From contig NC_058368.1 in the NCBI RefSeq assembly GCF_018350175.1, forward strand, positions 160,024,001-160,088,000: a stretch of 64,000 nt of DNA, given 5' to 3'. The first letter of the stretch is position 1. The number at the start of each line of letters is the position of its first letter. The DNA comes from Felis catus. Taxonomy: Eukaryota. The position numbers and the translations under genes were made by a program. Positions 12,854 through 26,456 of the stretch are shown here, in pieces. Under the pieces are notes generated by a model that made no database searches, had not been told where the DNA came from, and saw only the letters and a list, made by a program, of their open reading frames with translations.

Positions 12854-13748
12854 ATGACCAAGCGGAAGAATTCCCCTCAGAAGAATCTCCAGGAAATAAC
12901 AACAGCTAATGAACTGATCAAAAAGGATTTAAATAATATCACAGAAAGTGAATTTAGAATAATAGTCATAAAATTAATCGCTGGGCTTGAAAACAGTATA
13001 GAGGACAGCAGAGAATCTCTTGCTACAGAGATCAAGGGACTAAGGAACAGTCACGAGGAGCTGAAAAGTGCTTTAAACGAAATGCAAAACAAAATGGAAA
13101 CGATGACAGCTCGGATTGAAGAGGCAGAGGAGAGAATAGGTGAACTAGAAGATAAAGTTATGGAAAAAGAGGAAGCTGAGAGAAAGAGAGATAAAAAAAA
13201 TCCAGGAGTATGAGGGGAAAATTAGAGAACTAAGTGATACACTAAAAAGAAATAATATACGCATAATTGGTATCCCAGAGGAGGAAGAGAGAGGGAAAGG
13301 TGCTGAAGGGGTACTTGAAGAAATTATAGCTGAGAACTTCCCTGAACTGGGGAAGGAAAAAGGCATTGAAATCCAAGAGGCACAGAGAACTCCCTTCAGA
13401 CGTAACTTGAATCGATCTTCTGCACGACATATCATAGTGAAACTGGCAAAATACAAGGATAAAGAGAAAATTCTGAAAGCAGCAAGGGATAAACGTGCCC
13501 TCACATATAAAGGGAGACCTATAAGACTCGTGACTGATCTCTCTTTTGAAACTTGGCAGGCCAGAAAGAATTGGCACGAGATCTTCAGTGTGCTAAACAG
13601 AAAAAATATGCAGCCTAGAATCCTTTATCCAGCAAGTCTGTCGTTTAGAATAGAAGGAGAGATAAAGGTCTTCCCAAACAAACAAAAACTGAAGGAATTT
13701 GTCACCACTAAACCAGCCCTACAAGAGATCCTAAGGGGGATCCTGTGA
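12854..13748 (+). pseudogene. L1 ORF1p, frameshifted at the A8 run 13193-13200
   Basis: MTKRKNSPQK... coiled coil, then [30 protein letters not shown] in another frame. Confidence 0.95.
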
Positions 13749-13798
13749 GACAAAGTCCCAGAGACATCACTACAAGCATAAAACATACAGACATCACA

Positions 13799-16700
13799 AG
13801 GACTCTAAACCCGTATCTTTCTATAATAACACTGAATGTAAATGGATTAAATGCATCAACCAAAAGACATAGGGTATCAGGATGGATAAAAAAAAAACAA
13901 CCATCTATTTGCTGTCTACAAGGGACTCATTTTAGACCTGAGGGCACCTTTAGATTGAGAGTGAGGGGATGGAGAACTACTTATCATGCTACTGGAAGCC
14001 AAAAGAAAGCTGGAGTAGCCATACTTATATCAGCCAAACTAGACTTTAAATTAAAGGCTGTAACAAGAGATGAAGAAGGACATTTTATAATAGTTACAGG
14101 GTCTATCCATCAGGAAGAGCTAACAATTATAAATGTCTATGCGCCGAATACCGGAGCCCCCAGATATATACAACAATTACTCATAAACATAAGCAACCTT
14201 ATTGATAAGAATGTGGTAATTGCAGGGGACTTTGACACCCCACTTACAGAAATGGATAGATCATCTAGACACACGGTCAATAAAGAAACAAGGGCCCTGA
14301 ATGATACATTGGATCAGATGGACTTGACAGATATATTTAGAACTCTACATCCCAAAGCAACAGAATATACTTTCTTCTCGAGTGCACATGGAACATTCTC
14401 CAAGATAGATCATATACTGGGCCACAAAACAGCCCTTCATAAGTTTACAAGAATTGAAATCATACCATGCATACTTTCAGACCACAATACTATGAAGCTT
14501 GAAATCAACCACAGGAAAAAGTCTGGAAAACTTCCAAAAGCATGGAGGTTAAAGAACACCCTACTAAAGAATGAACGTGTCAACCAGGCAATTCGAGAAG
14601 AAATTAAAAAATATATGGAAACAAACGAAAATGAAAACACAACAATCCAAATGCTTTGGGACGCAGCGAAGGCAGTCCTGAGAGGAAAATACATTGCAAT
14701 CCAGGCCTATCTCAAGAAACAAGAAAAATCCCAAATACAAAATCTAACAGCACACCTAAAGGAACTAAAAGCGGAACAGCAAAGGCAGCCTAAACCCAGC
14801 AGAAGAAGAGAAATAATAAAGATCAGAGCAGAAATAAACAATATAGAATCTAAAACAACTGTAGAGCAGATCAACGAAACCAAGAGTTGGTTTTTTGAAA
14901 AAATAAACAAAATTGACAAACCTCTAGCCAGGCTTCTCAAAAAGAAAAGGGAGATGACCCAAATAGATAAAATCATGAATGAAAATGGAATTATTACAAC
15001 CAATCCCTCAGAGATACAAACAATTATCAGGGAATACTATGAAAAATTATATGCCAACAAATTGGACAACCTGGAAGAAATGGACAAATTCCTAAACACC
15101 TACACTCTTCCAAAACTCAATCAGGAGGAAATAGAAAGCTTGAACAGACCCATAACCAGTGAAGAAATTGAATCGGTTATCAAAAATCTCCCAACAAATA
15201 AGAGTCCAGGACCAGATGGCTTCCCAGGGGAGTTCTACCAGACGTTTAAAGCAGAGATAATACCTATCCTTCTCAAGCTATTCCAAGAAATAGAAGGGGA
15301 AGGAAAACTTCCAGACTCATTCTATGAAGCCAGTATTACTTTGATTCCTAAACCAGACAGAGACCCAGTAAAAAAAGAGAACTACAGGCCAATATCCCTG
15401 ATGAATATGGATGCAAAAATTCTCAGTAAGATACTAGCAAATCGAATTCAACGGCATACAAAAAGCATTATTCACCATGACCAAGTGGGATTCATTCCTG
15501 GGATGCAGGGCTGGTTCAACATTCGCAAATCAATCAACGTGACACATCACATTAACAAAAAAAAAAGAGAAGAACCATATGATCCTGTCAATCGATGCAG
15601 AAAAGGCCTTTGACAGAATCCAGCACCCTTTCTTAATAAAAACCCTTGAGAAAGTCAGGATAGAAGGAACATACTTAAAGATCATAAAAGCCATTTATGA
15701 AAAGCCCACAGCTAACATCATCCTCAACGGGGAAAAACTGAGAGCTTTTTCCCTGAGATCAGGAACACGATAGGGATGCCCACTCTCACCGCTGTTGTTT
15801 AACATAGTGCTGGAAGTTCTAGCATCAGCAATCAGACAACAAAAGGAAATCAAAGGCATCCAAATTGGCAAAGATGAAGTCAAGCTTTCGCTTTTTGCAG
15901 ATGACATGATATTATACATGGAAAATCCGATAGACTCCACCAAAAGTCTGCTAGAACTGATACATGAATTCAGCAAAGTTGCAGGATATAAAATCAATGT
16001 ACAGAAATCAGTTGCATTCTTATACACTAACAATGAAGCAACAGAAAGACAAATAAAGAAACTGATCCCATTCACAATTGCACCAAGAAGCATAAAATAC
16101 CTAGGAATAAATCTAACCAAAGATGTAAAAGATCTGTATGCTGAAAACTATAGAAACCTTATGAAGGTAATTGAAGAAGATTTAAAGAAATGGAAAGACA
16201 TTCCCTGCTCATGGATTGGAAGAATAAATATTGTCAAAATGTCAATACTACCGAAAGCTGTTTACACATTCAATGCAATCCCAATCAAAATTGCACCAGC
16301 ATTCTTCTCAAAACTAGAACAAGCAATCCTAAAATTCATATGGAACCACAAAAGGCCCCGAATAGCCAAAGTAATTTTGAAGAAGCCCAAAGCAGGAGGC
16401 ATCACAATCCCAGACTTTAGCCTCTACTACAAAGCTGTCATCATCAAGACAGCATGGTATTGGCACAAAAACAGACACATAGACCAATGGAATAGAATAG
16501 AAACCCCAGAACTAGACCCACAAACGTATGGCCAACTCATCTTTGACAAAGCAGGAAAGAACATCCAATGGAAAAAAGACAGTCTCTTTAACAAATGGTA
16601 TTGGGAGAACTGGACAGCAACATGCAGAAGGTTGAAACTAGACCACTTTCTCACACCATTCACAAAAATAAACTCAAAATGGATAAAGGACCTGAATGTG

Positions 16701-17621
16701 AGACAGTAAACCATCAAAACCCTAGAGGAGATAGCAGGAAAAGACCTCTCTGGCCTCAGCCGTAGCAATCTCTTACTCGACACATACCCAAAGGCAAGGG
16801 AATTAAAAGCAAAAGTGAATTACTGGGACCTTATGAAGATAAAAAGCTTCTGCACAGCAAAGGAAACAACCAACAAAACTAAAAGGCAACCAACGGAATG
16901 GGAAAAGATATTTGCAAATGACATATCGGACAAAGGGCTAGTATCCAAAATCTATAAAGAGCTCACCAAACTCCACACCCGAAAAACAAATAACCCAGTG
17001 AAGAAATGGGCAGAAAACATGAAAAGACACTTCTCTAAAGAAGACATCCGGATGGCCAACAGGCACATGAAAAGATGTTCAGCGTCGCTCCTTATCAGGG
17101 AAATACAAATCAAAACCACACTCAGATATCACCTCACACCAGTCAGAGTGGCCAAAATGAAGAATTCAGGAGACTATAGATGCTGGAGAGGATGTGAAGA
17201 AAGGGGAACCCTCTTGCACTGTTGGTGGGAATGCAAATTGGTGCAGCCACTCTGGAAAGCAGTGTGGAGGTTCCTCAGAAAATTAAAAATAGACCTACCC
17301 TATGACCCAGCAATAGCACTGCTAGGAATTTATCCAAGGGATACAGGAGTACTGATGCATAGGGGCACTTGTACCCCAGTGTTTATAGCAGCACTCTCAA
17401 CAATAGCCAAATTATGGAAAGAGCCTAAATGTCCATCAACTGATGAATGGATAAAGAAATTGTGGTTTATATATACAATGGAATACTACATGGCAATGAG
17501 AAAAAATGAAATGTGGCCTTTTGTAGCAACGTGGATGGAACTGGAGAGTGTGATGCTAAGTGAAATAAGCCATACAGAGAAAGACAGATACCATATGGTT
17601 TCACTCTTATGTGGATCCTGA
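13799..17621 (+). pseudogene. L1 ORF2p (endonuclease/reverse transcriptase), disrupted
   Basis: [45 protein letters not shown] at the expected start, frameshift at 15557-15566, stops at 15771-15773 and 16707-16709. Confidence 0.97.
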
Positions 17622-19479
17622 GAAACTTAACAGAAACCCATGGGGGAGGGGAAGGGGGAAAAAAAAAAAAAGAGGTTAGGGTGGGAGAGAGCCAAAGCAT
17701 AAGAGACTGTTAAAAACTGAGAACAAACTGAGGGTTGATGGGGGGTGGGAGGGAGGGGAGGGTGTGTGATGGGTATTGAGGAGGGCACCTTTTGGGATGA
17801 GCACTGGGTGTTGTATGGAAACCAATTTGACAATAAATTTCATATATTAAAAAAAAAGATAGGTAACAGTAGAAATATTATTTTTTCTAATAGATATTGT
17901 CCATAAAAATAATATAATGGGAAGCTATTTTGAAGCCTTACAGTTAGGAATGGTATTTGTTTATTCTGAAAACAAAACATCACTATTTGATCAGTATAAC
18001 TGTATATGTTTCCATTGGGTTAGATGAAAAGAATCACAAATATTCAAAACCAAACAAACAACCCCCCACTAAAATAATACTAAAATTCATCAAATGGTTT
18101 TCTAGTTAGTAACATTAAACATAAGTTTTATGAAACATCTTGATTGTAATTATTAAGACATGATGGGAATTCTGTTACTGTTTTGTCAGAAAAAGGAGAT
18201 CTATCTTGCAAGGAAGCAAATAAGATATGCTGGAAAACATGCAATGGAAATTGTTACTACAAAGCAGGAAGACTACACATGTTTCAAATATTAGAGAACT
18301 ATTTTGATGCTCCATGGCTTTTCAAGAGATTACTGACTCTGTAATGGAACACAAATCTTGAAAATATACAGAACTTGAAATTTGTTGCTCTTATTATGAG
18401 CTGGTTCAAAAGACAAAGTTTTACTTTGACATTTAAATAAACCATCTAACATGCAATTTGCTTAAGGTATATTTTGTTGCATATTACCTGCTATAATATA
18501 AACTTTTATAGTAGCAAAGGAATATGAGGTATAAAGACATTTTTGTACAACAGAAGTGAACCGAGTCCTTCCTTTAAGGTTAAATGTGAACTGCTTGTAA
18601 AAAAAGGAATAGAACATGTTAGCAGAAAGCCCTAAGGTGGTCTGGAAAGATTTACCACAAAACAATATTTCATCAAGCAGATCATATAGTGATGTTGCTA
18701 ATGTTATTAAGCACTGAAATAAGATTCTTAAATAGAGACTAAATGTTTGTGATACAAAAAATATATTACATATTTACAAGTGTGGATATATAAAAAATCC
18801 ATATTGAAAAGATGCTTCTGGAAGAATCATGGCTTGCCAAAGATCAAAAGTAATTCTAGAGTTTTCATCAGTGACAGATATATGGGAGCTTGTTTTGAAA
18901 TAACAGAGTAACCATAATGAGAAAGATAGATTCAGGAGAAATAAACATATTCCTAAGGTAAAATCATGGAAAATCACAATAACTATTTAACAGGAACGAT
19001 AGTCTAAGTGTTAAATTCCTAGATATTACTAATCTGAAAGGAAAATATTGAACCTTATTTATATGCTTACAGAAATGTTTGGAGTATAATTTCTTCCAAA
19101 ACAACATTAGCACCTTGAAAACTTGTTATTTATAATATTGTGTAATTTGCTTATGACTTTACATTGCCACTTGGGAGTAACCTAAAAGCAAGCACCATTC
19201 CTGAATAATTAAGATATCATATATCATACTTGGGGAAGCTATATGCAAACCCAGTCTGGAAACAGTGAGAGCCCGTGAGAAATGGAACCAGAAGTTAATT
19301 ATGTCATTTAGAAGAGCGCTCATGAAGAATTATTGACAATCTTGGGGTTTGGTAAATGCAGAACATGTTGGACTGGATGATTTCTTATTTCACGCTTAAC
19401 TCCAGAATTCTGTGATTTTTAAGCATTGGAAAACATGAGTCTTTTCTTGTAGTGAAAACTTATTCTTTGTATTAATTAA

Positions 19480-19840
19480 GTTGTAATATTAGCTACTGTA
19501 ATAGTTAAATGCCAAATTTTAGTGGCTTAACGTAGTGATTTATTTCTTATTCTTTTGCAGTCTGATTTTTGTGGCCCTGATTGGGAGGGCTTCCAAGTAT
19601 TTTTCAGGGGCCCAGACTCTGCCCTATTCTAGTTCCTCTAAGATCTCTTCAATCAGGTAGGAGATCTATTTTTATGCGTCAAGCTGAAAGTGGCTTATGT
19701 CATTGATGCTCATATTTCATTGGCTCGAACTCAATCTTATCACACATTTAATTGCAACGGAGGTTGGGAAATATCATCTATCTGTGTGCTTAGGCAAAGA
19801 TAAGAATTTTGGGGTATCTAGAACAGTATCTGCCATACTT
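19480..19840. mobile_element. Old MLT1-like LTR
   Basis: tagctactgtaatag...agtggcttaac...atttcattggctcgaactcaatc...tatctgccata. Confidence 0.55.
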
Positions 19841-21529
19841 TTTGAGTTAGGCAACAATTTTAGAGAATATGGAGTTATGGGCTTAATCAAGTAAGACAAT
19901 TTCACAAAAAAAGATCTAGAGAATTTCCCTTTGTCTCTACTGTTGACTCTTAAATGTACTTTTGATTTCTACATAACCACTGGCTGGTAATAAGATTAGA
20001 GTATTTATTTTAGAACACGTGTCGCACAATCCATCTGGTAGACAGTCATGAGAGAACCTGGGTATGGTGGTCTTAAGATATAACAAAGGTAATAATAAGA
20101 ACTGCCTCTTCCTTGCCTACTGCATCCCCTTATGCTCAATTTGTTTTACTTTATATCATCTAAGTTGCAGAACTCAGATATTCTGTATAAAAATGGACTC
20201 ATACTAAAATATTAGTGATAAATCTGGGCTTCATTTGAGCTACTGTAGAGGACAAGGAGGAATGGTTTCATGTCACAGTTCATTTTCTTGTAGGACATCA
20301 CTGATTTCTTAAGTTCTTTCTTAGAAATCATGCCTGTGGGGGTTTATTCTCTCTGACCCTTCGCTCATATATCCATTAACTTAACTCACTTCTCTTCCCC
20401 TGTCAAATACTCCCCAGAAGCTCAAACTTCTATTATGTTTCTATTATGAAGAGTTACTTTTCCCTTCCTTTTAAGTGTTTATACCAGCTAATACCCAGAC
20501 TTTCAGGACCCCAGCTCCTTCCCTTGACTTTAAGTATTTTCCAAGTAAAAGTAGCTCTTCTTCAATAAAAGGGATTTTTACATTTGCTTTTAAGATAATA
20601 AAAATCTTTCCACCTTTATAATGAGTCTGTATTTTCTAAAAACTGAACTTGAACTGAATATGTTTTGGTGTACCATTGAGGACCAAAAGATTGTAATGTC
20701 TGGGGCTGAGTATGGCCTTGAATAAAAGATAAGTTGTTGATTATAATTAACCTGTCCACCACCACTTGGTATTGCAGAATGGCTCTGAGACAATTAATGT
20801 AGTGGGATGCCTTTTAAAGATGTGAGGGAGTCAAAGTGGTTTTAACAGTCCCTTGGACTTCTAGGTCAATGAGTGACCTGAGGGAAATGACAACATAGCA
20901 GAAACACTGAGCCTAAATTCAGTCCTTGGCTCAGGAATTTTCATCCTATATGGTGCCATGTTGATGTCCTGGATTTCTTTCAATGTTGTGAGGTGTGAAA
21001 GTTAACTGTTTGTTGTCAGGGAGTAACATTTATGAAGTTGGAGGATGCCCCAGGGAAGGGCTTTCTTCCATTAATCTTTTCAGACCCAGCATCAACTTCC
21101 TAAAACATAAAATCTGATATCCAAACACTGGAAGAACAGAGTTTATGAACATTTATACCCAAGCATGGATTCTGCTAAGCATGTGGCTTATTTGTGTGGG
21201 TATGCCTCTAGTTGGTACCATAATACCATCCCTGGGGTATGTTATGACCCACAAATTAAGGTAGAAACTGATAGACATAATTCTTGTCCTGTTATTGCAT
21301 GTACATATCTGGGAATAGTTGAATTTTCTCAGAGCATTTGCAAATCCAAGTCAATGGTAGTTTCCCAAGCATTTGAAGTCTCATCTGTTGTGGTCTAGGA
21401 CAATAAGCCCAGACTCAACATGACTAAGTGCTGCTCTAATCAAGGTGGTAACCATTGAGAACATATCACCGGAAGTCTTTATTTGTGGGTCACAGCACAC
21501 ATAGCCTATCACATAGAAAATGCTGTATA

Positions 21530-22100
21530 ATGTCAGCCAATATAGTAGACAATGCTAGCTTTTAGTAATATACATTCTTCTCCCCTTCCTGACACATGGA
21601 AGGCTAGTCCTCATCTCCCTCTCTATTTAATAAAGTTGTGCTTCTAAATTTGATTAATGAAATGTGAACAGAGTGATGCATATCACTTTAAGGCAGAGTA
21701 GTGAAAAGGTCATTTGCAATTCTTCATCTTTCTTTCCCTGCTGATCATGAAGGAGGGCTCAGGGTGAGATGAAAGAGGCAACACATGAAAGCAATCTGGA
21801 TTACTGGAAAGTCTGTGGAACACAGCTGCCCCAGAACAACTCCTGAACCGGCAATGAACTTTGTATTAAAAGAAGAAATTAACTTTTGAGACTTTTCCTT
21901 TTTCCCCTCTTTCTTTTTTCTTTTCTTTTCTTTTCTTTTCTTTTCTTTTCTTTTCTTTTCTTTTCTTTTCTTTTCTTTTCTTTTCTTTTCTTTTCCTTTC
22001 CTTTCCTTTCCTTTCCTTTCCTTTCCTTTCCTTTCCTTTCCTTTCCTTTCCTTTCCTTTCCTTTCCTTATAGCTGCTTAATCTAGGCTTTTCTGGTAATA
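21530..22100. mobile_element. Old MLT1-like LTR containing a microsatellite
   Basis: gaaatgtgaacagagtgatgcatatcactt...cagctgcccc...aagaagaaattaactttt. Confidence 0.6.
21920..22066. repeat. Compound (CTTTT)15(CCTTT)14 microsatellite
   Basis: Counted directly. Confidence 0.98.
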
Positions 22101-22349
22101 CAGCTATTGTTATTATTATTTTTAAAGATGCTCTTATTTAACAAGGGCTTAATTTAATTTTTTTGGAGTGCTGTTTTACAGTAAGGAATTTACAATTTGG
22201 AGTAGTCTTTGATTTTTTTTAATATGCTCACATCCAATTACCAAGTCTGTTAGAATTCTCCCTCAAAAGATATCCCAATTCCAAAGTTTTTTCATGATTT
22301 TTAAACCATCTTAGTCTTTTAGCCTTTTTTTTTACCAGATAAAGGAAAT

Positions 22350-22821
22350 TTATTAAGTTTTTAAATTACAGTGTAGTTAAAATACAGTGTTATATTAGTT
22401 TCGGGTGTACACTATGGTGATTTTACAATTCTATACATTACTTAGCATTAATCATGATAAGTGTATGCTTAATCTCCTCCACCTATTTTATCTATCCCCA
22501 CACCAACCTTCCCTCTGGTAACCATCAGTTTTTTCTCTATAGTTAAAAGTTTGGGGGGGGGGTGTTGTCTCTTTTTCTCCCCCCTTTGTTCACTTGCTTT
22601 ATTAAGTTTCACATATGAGTGAAATCATATGGTACTAGTTGTTCTCCAACTAACTTATTTTGTTTAGCATTATACTCTCTAGCTCGATCTGTATTGTTGC
22701 AATTGGCAAGATTTCATTCCTTTTTGTCGCTGAATAATATTCCATTGTAAATATATACCACATCTTCTTTACCCGTTCATCTATCAATGAACACTTGGGC
22801 TGTTGCCATAATTTGGCTATT
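22350..22821 (-). mobile_element. Carnivore L1 3' fragment inserted in L2
   Basis: gtgaaatcatatggta...ggcaagatttcattcc...ccacatcttcttt L1 3' motifs. Confidence 0.88.
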
Positions 22822-23320
22822 ACTACAGTAGCCTCTTAATTTATCTTCTGCATTCTCCCTTACTCCTGCAGTCTCTTAGCACTGCCTCCCATTCTATGCT
22901 AAACTCAGCAGCTAGGGATCCTTTTAAAAGATGAGTCAGATTGTGTCACTTATTTCCAAACTTCCAAAAGCTTTCCATTTCACTTAATATAGTAGTTAAA
23001 GTCTTTACAAATGTCTGCAAGCCCTACCAATAGCTTTTTTTGTGAGGCCTATTTTGATCATCCTATTTAAAATTTCAAACTGCCTTCTGTATTCCCCCAT
23101 ATCCCCTATGCTTTCTATCTGCCTTCCCTGCTTTATTTTGAGCCCTTGTCACTGGCTGAAAAACTTAGTCATCAATTACTTATTTATTTTATTATTGTCT
23201 ACCTCCTTCTACTGTAATATAAACTCCAAAAGGGTTATTTTGTTTATTGCTAGATTTCCAGCATCTAGAATAGTGCCAGGCATATTTAGCATTCGATAAA
23301 TAATTTTTAAATGAAGAAAT
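22822..23320 (+). mobile_element. L2 3' portion
   Basis: tactacagtagcctc...tcagattgtgtcact...agaatagtgccaggcata. Confidence 0.7.
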
Positions 23321-24124
23321 AAAGATTTCTATCTAGTTAGAGCAAAATAATTTCATTTCCATATTCATTATAAGTGAAGAGGGATATGCAATTATTTAAA
23401 AAGTGTATGTCCTTGGTTGTTTAAAAAAAGGGGGTGGCAACTTAAAAACATGTGCCATTAAGAGTGCAGATTTTCATAATTAATTATCATTGTAGAACTT
23501 CATAATGTGTTTTATATCCTTTTGGGATCCCTAAGTAGAGAGAAGAGTTTTATTATAAGTTTTTGAGGCATAATGTGTCACATAAAACTGCTCTAATGAG
23601 AAGAGTTAAGGAATTTTATTTAAAGCTTTAATCAGTCGTTCTGTAATGTTAAACATATCACTGTTCCTAGTAATATAAATTAAATGAGATAATGAAGATG
23701 TTTTTTAACGGGACACAGGCAAGTTATGAGAGGAGTTTATGTGGACTTTAAGAAGTTTGTTTATGTTTAATTAAATGTAAGAATAATTCAGATTTTCTCT
23801 TAGGCATAAAATTTTTCTTTTAGTCACTTGTTATTGTGACTAAAAAGTTCTCCTGCTATGAGAAAGCCAATCAATGAAAAGCATAAAGCTTATAAATATT
23901 GGATAAATAAAAGTGATTTGACAGCATTATGTAAAAATTCTTAATTTTGAACACTGGATTTAATATTGCTCCTCATCTCTTGCTTTCTAAAGTGTGTTAG
24001 CACACTAAAAAGAGATGAATGGGTAACTACTTCTTAGGTACCCAGTTTTCCCAGCAAAATTAGTCTGTTGAAAGTCACCTGCAGATTAGCACATTCATTA
24101 TGCATTTTATAAAAGCTTAAATTA

Positions 24125-24269
24125 GGGATGCCTGGGTGGCACAGTTGGTTAAGCATCCAACTTTGGCTCAGGTCATGATCTCCCATTCTGTGGGTTCGAG
24201 CCCTGTGTCGGGCTCTGTGCTGACAGTTCAGGGCCTGGAGCCTGCTTAGGAGCCTCTCTGCCTCTTCCC

Positions 24270-24300
<31 letters not shown>

Positions 24301-24335
24301 TTCAAAAATAAATAAACATTAAAATATTTAGAAAA
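24125..24335 (+). mobile_element. Can-SINE
   Basis: Head, CT tract, TSD-like ataaaagcttaaa. Confidence 0.93.
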
Positions 24336-25517
24336 ATAAAAGCTTAAAATTAAATGATATAATTTTGGATAGAAAGAAAGGATGGAACTGAGTACTATAT
24401 CCTTGATAAAAACTTGATGAACTTCAATAGTAGTGTGATTTTGTGCTAGAAATCATGTTTAAACTTCAGTTTATATTACATGACTTTATTTTCACTAATT
24501 CCTATAGACTATCACTAAAATTTGGGTTCAACATAAAATTGTTGTGTAGTATTGTTGAGATATTTTATTGAATGAAAATATTATTAAATTACAAAAGTTA
24601 AGTGAAAAAACAAAAAAGTCTCCAAAAATCCTATTTAGCTATTTAAGGCTGTTTCTAAAGTTATGGCTTATTTGTATTCTGAGAAGACTATGTTATCACT
24701 TACCTATTTGTCACACTCTCCCTATATATTATTCCCTGGTACAACAGAACATCCTCTGGTAATATGATGCCATTTCTTTTCCCCTTGAAATAAAATAATA
24801 TAGTCCCATGAAGCACTACATAAATGCATTCAGTTTCAAATTTCAAAAACATTAATAGTAGGACCCAACGATGACCCAGAATTGTTTGGTTCACACCAAA
24901 AGTCAATAAAGATTAGGAAATAAAAAAAAAGGCACAAACCTACCTTAAATATTTTATCTTAACTTAATATATGCATATCCATTAATTCATGAATTTTCTT
25001 TGAATGCAAGTCTACTTATGTCTTCTTTCTGGTATGAAAAAGTACTCAAGATGTCATAATGGAATACACAAATTGCATCATTTCTGATTCGTAGTTTCTG
25101 TTTCTTTAAAGTGAAATAAGAATTAATGATACTTATAAAGCAATTTGAGTGCAGCCTCTTTTGACTTTTAAGACTTTCTCCCAATTTTTACTGTTGCCAT
25201 GAACACTCTAATTTGCCAGCAACCTTTTAAAAATGACTCACCTTTATTGAGTCTTTATAAGGCATTAAATTTAGTTTTTATAGATAAAAACTGTCTTGTA
25301 CATTCATATTTCTTTTGTTTTGAATTTTACTGTTATATTTTGGCACTTATTTATAATATAATAAAAATATTGTATTAAATTTAAGAATATTTTATTAAAG
25401 TATTAGTAGTTACTTATAATTTAATAAAAATAAACATTTTATTAATATTATTGATAAGCACAACTCACTTAAATCAGTTGGGGGACATATATATAGCTCT
25501 TAGAAAGCTTACAACTC

Positions 25518-25737
25518 AGGGTGATGGGTGGCTCAGTCAGTCAAGTGTCCCATTTTGGCTCAGATCATGCTCTCACAGTTCGGGTATTGGAACCCCACAT
25601 TGGGCTCTGTGCTGACAGCTCAGAGCTTGGAGCCTGTTTTAGACTGTGTCCCTCTCTCTCTCTTCCCCTCCCCACTCACACTCTGTCTGTCTGTCTGCCT
25701 GTCTCTGAAAAATAAATAAACATTTAAAAAAAAAAAA
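25518..25737 (+). mobile_element. Can-SINE
   Basis: TSD agaaag(c/t)ttacaactca. Confidence 0.93.
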
Positions 25738-26456
25738 GAAAGTTTACAACTCATATTGGAGAGTAGGAGGCACTAGAAGGGAGCCTCAGTGCAAGATTCA
25801 TCAAACCATGGACTTCAGCCAGACGGGGTGAGGACATAATTGAGTGTCAACCAAGAGAGGTACCGCTGTGACTGATTTTATGAAATACTATTGAGGTTTT
25901 ATATACCACCTCCATTCCCATACTTAATACTTCTGAGTATCTTACATGGATAGCAACTAATCTTAATCTAAGGTTAACCTTAAACAAGGTTATTCTAACT
26001 CTTGGTAGATAAAGATCAATACTATGATTCTCAATTTTGTACTATGCTTAGGCAACTTTGCTTTCCTTTTGCTCTGTGTCTACATCTTTACACATTCTTC
26101 TAATGCCCATCTGTCACTCCTGACCACTTTCTCATATGCTCACCTACTAATCTGGCCTCTTGATGGCACACAGATGGTAAGAAGAGGTTAGGAAGAACTC
26201 TCCCAAGCAAAAGTATATTGCAAGTAAAACAATGTTCTTCCTGAAGACCAAGAATAGCCAACTCAAATAACCTCTTTGACCTCTTTCCCCATACAGTCTT
26301 TAAAAAGGCAAAGGAAGAGAAATAAAAGGAGAAACCCTCTTCCCAATTAGGAAGAGCCCTGGGGCCATCTGTCACTTACCCAGAACAGAGGCAAGTTTCT
26401 TAGAGAAAAACCAAGTGAGGAAAAGCCATATACAATACCATTGTGTATATGGGATT

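Larger units (their letters stand above)
11928..17854 (+). mobile_element. Full-length (~5.9 kb) feline-type LINE-1, inactivated
   Basis: CpG-rich 5'UTR, ORF1, ORF2 (EN, RT FADDM, C-terminal Cys/His motif), G-rich 3'UTR, AATAAA, short A tail; TSD aaagataggtaacag at 11913-11927 and 17855-17869. Confidence 0.99.

Noticed and set aside
13145..17833. Minus-strand ORFs over the L1
   Set aside because: Antisense shadows of ORF1/ORF2
21886..22080. 64-aa Phe/Ser/Leu-rich ORF
   Set aside because: Translation of the microsatellite
23818..23845. 10-bp hairpin ttttagtcac-N8-gtgactaaaa
   Set aside because: Short and AT-rich; compatible with chance
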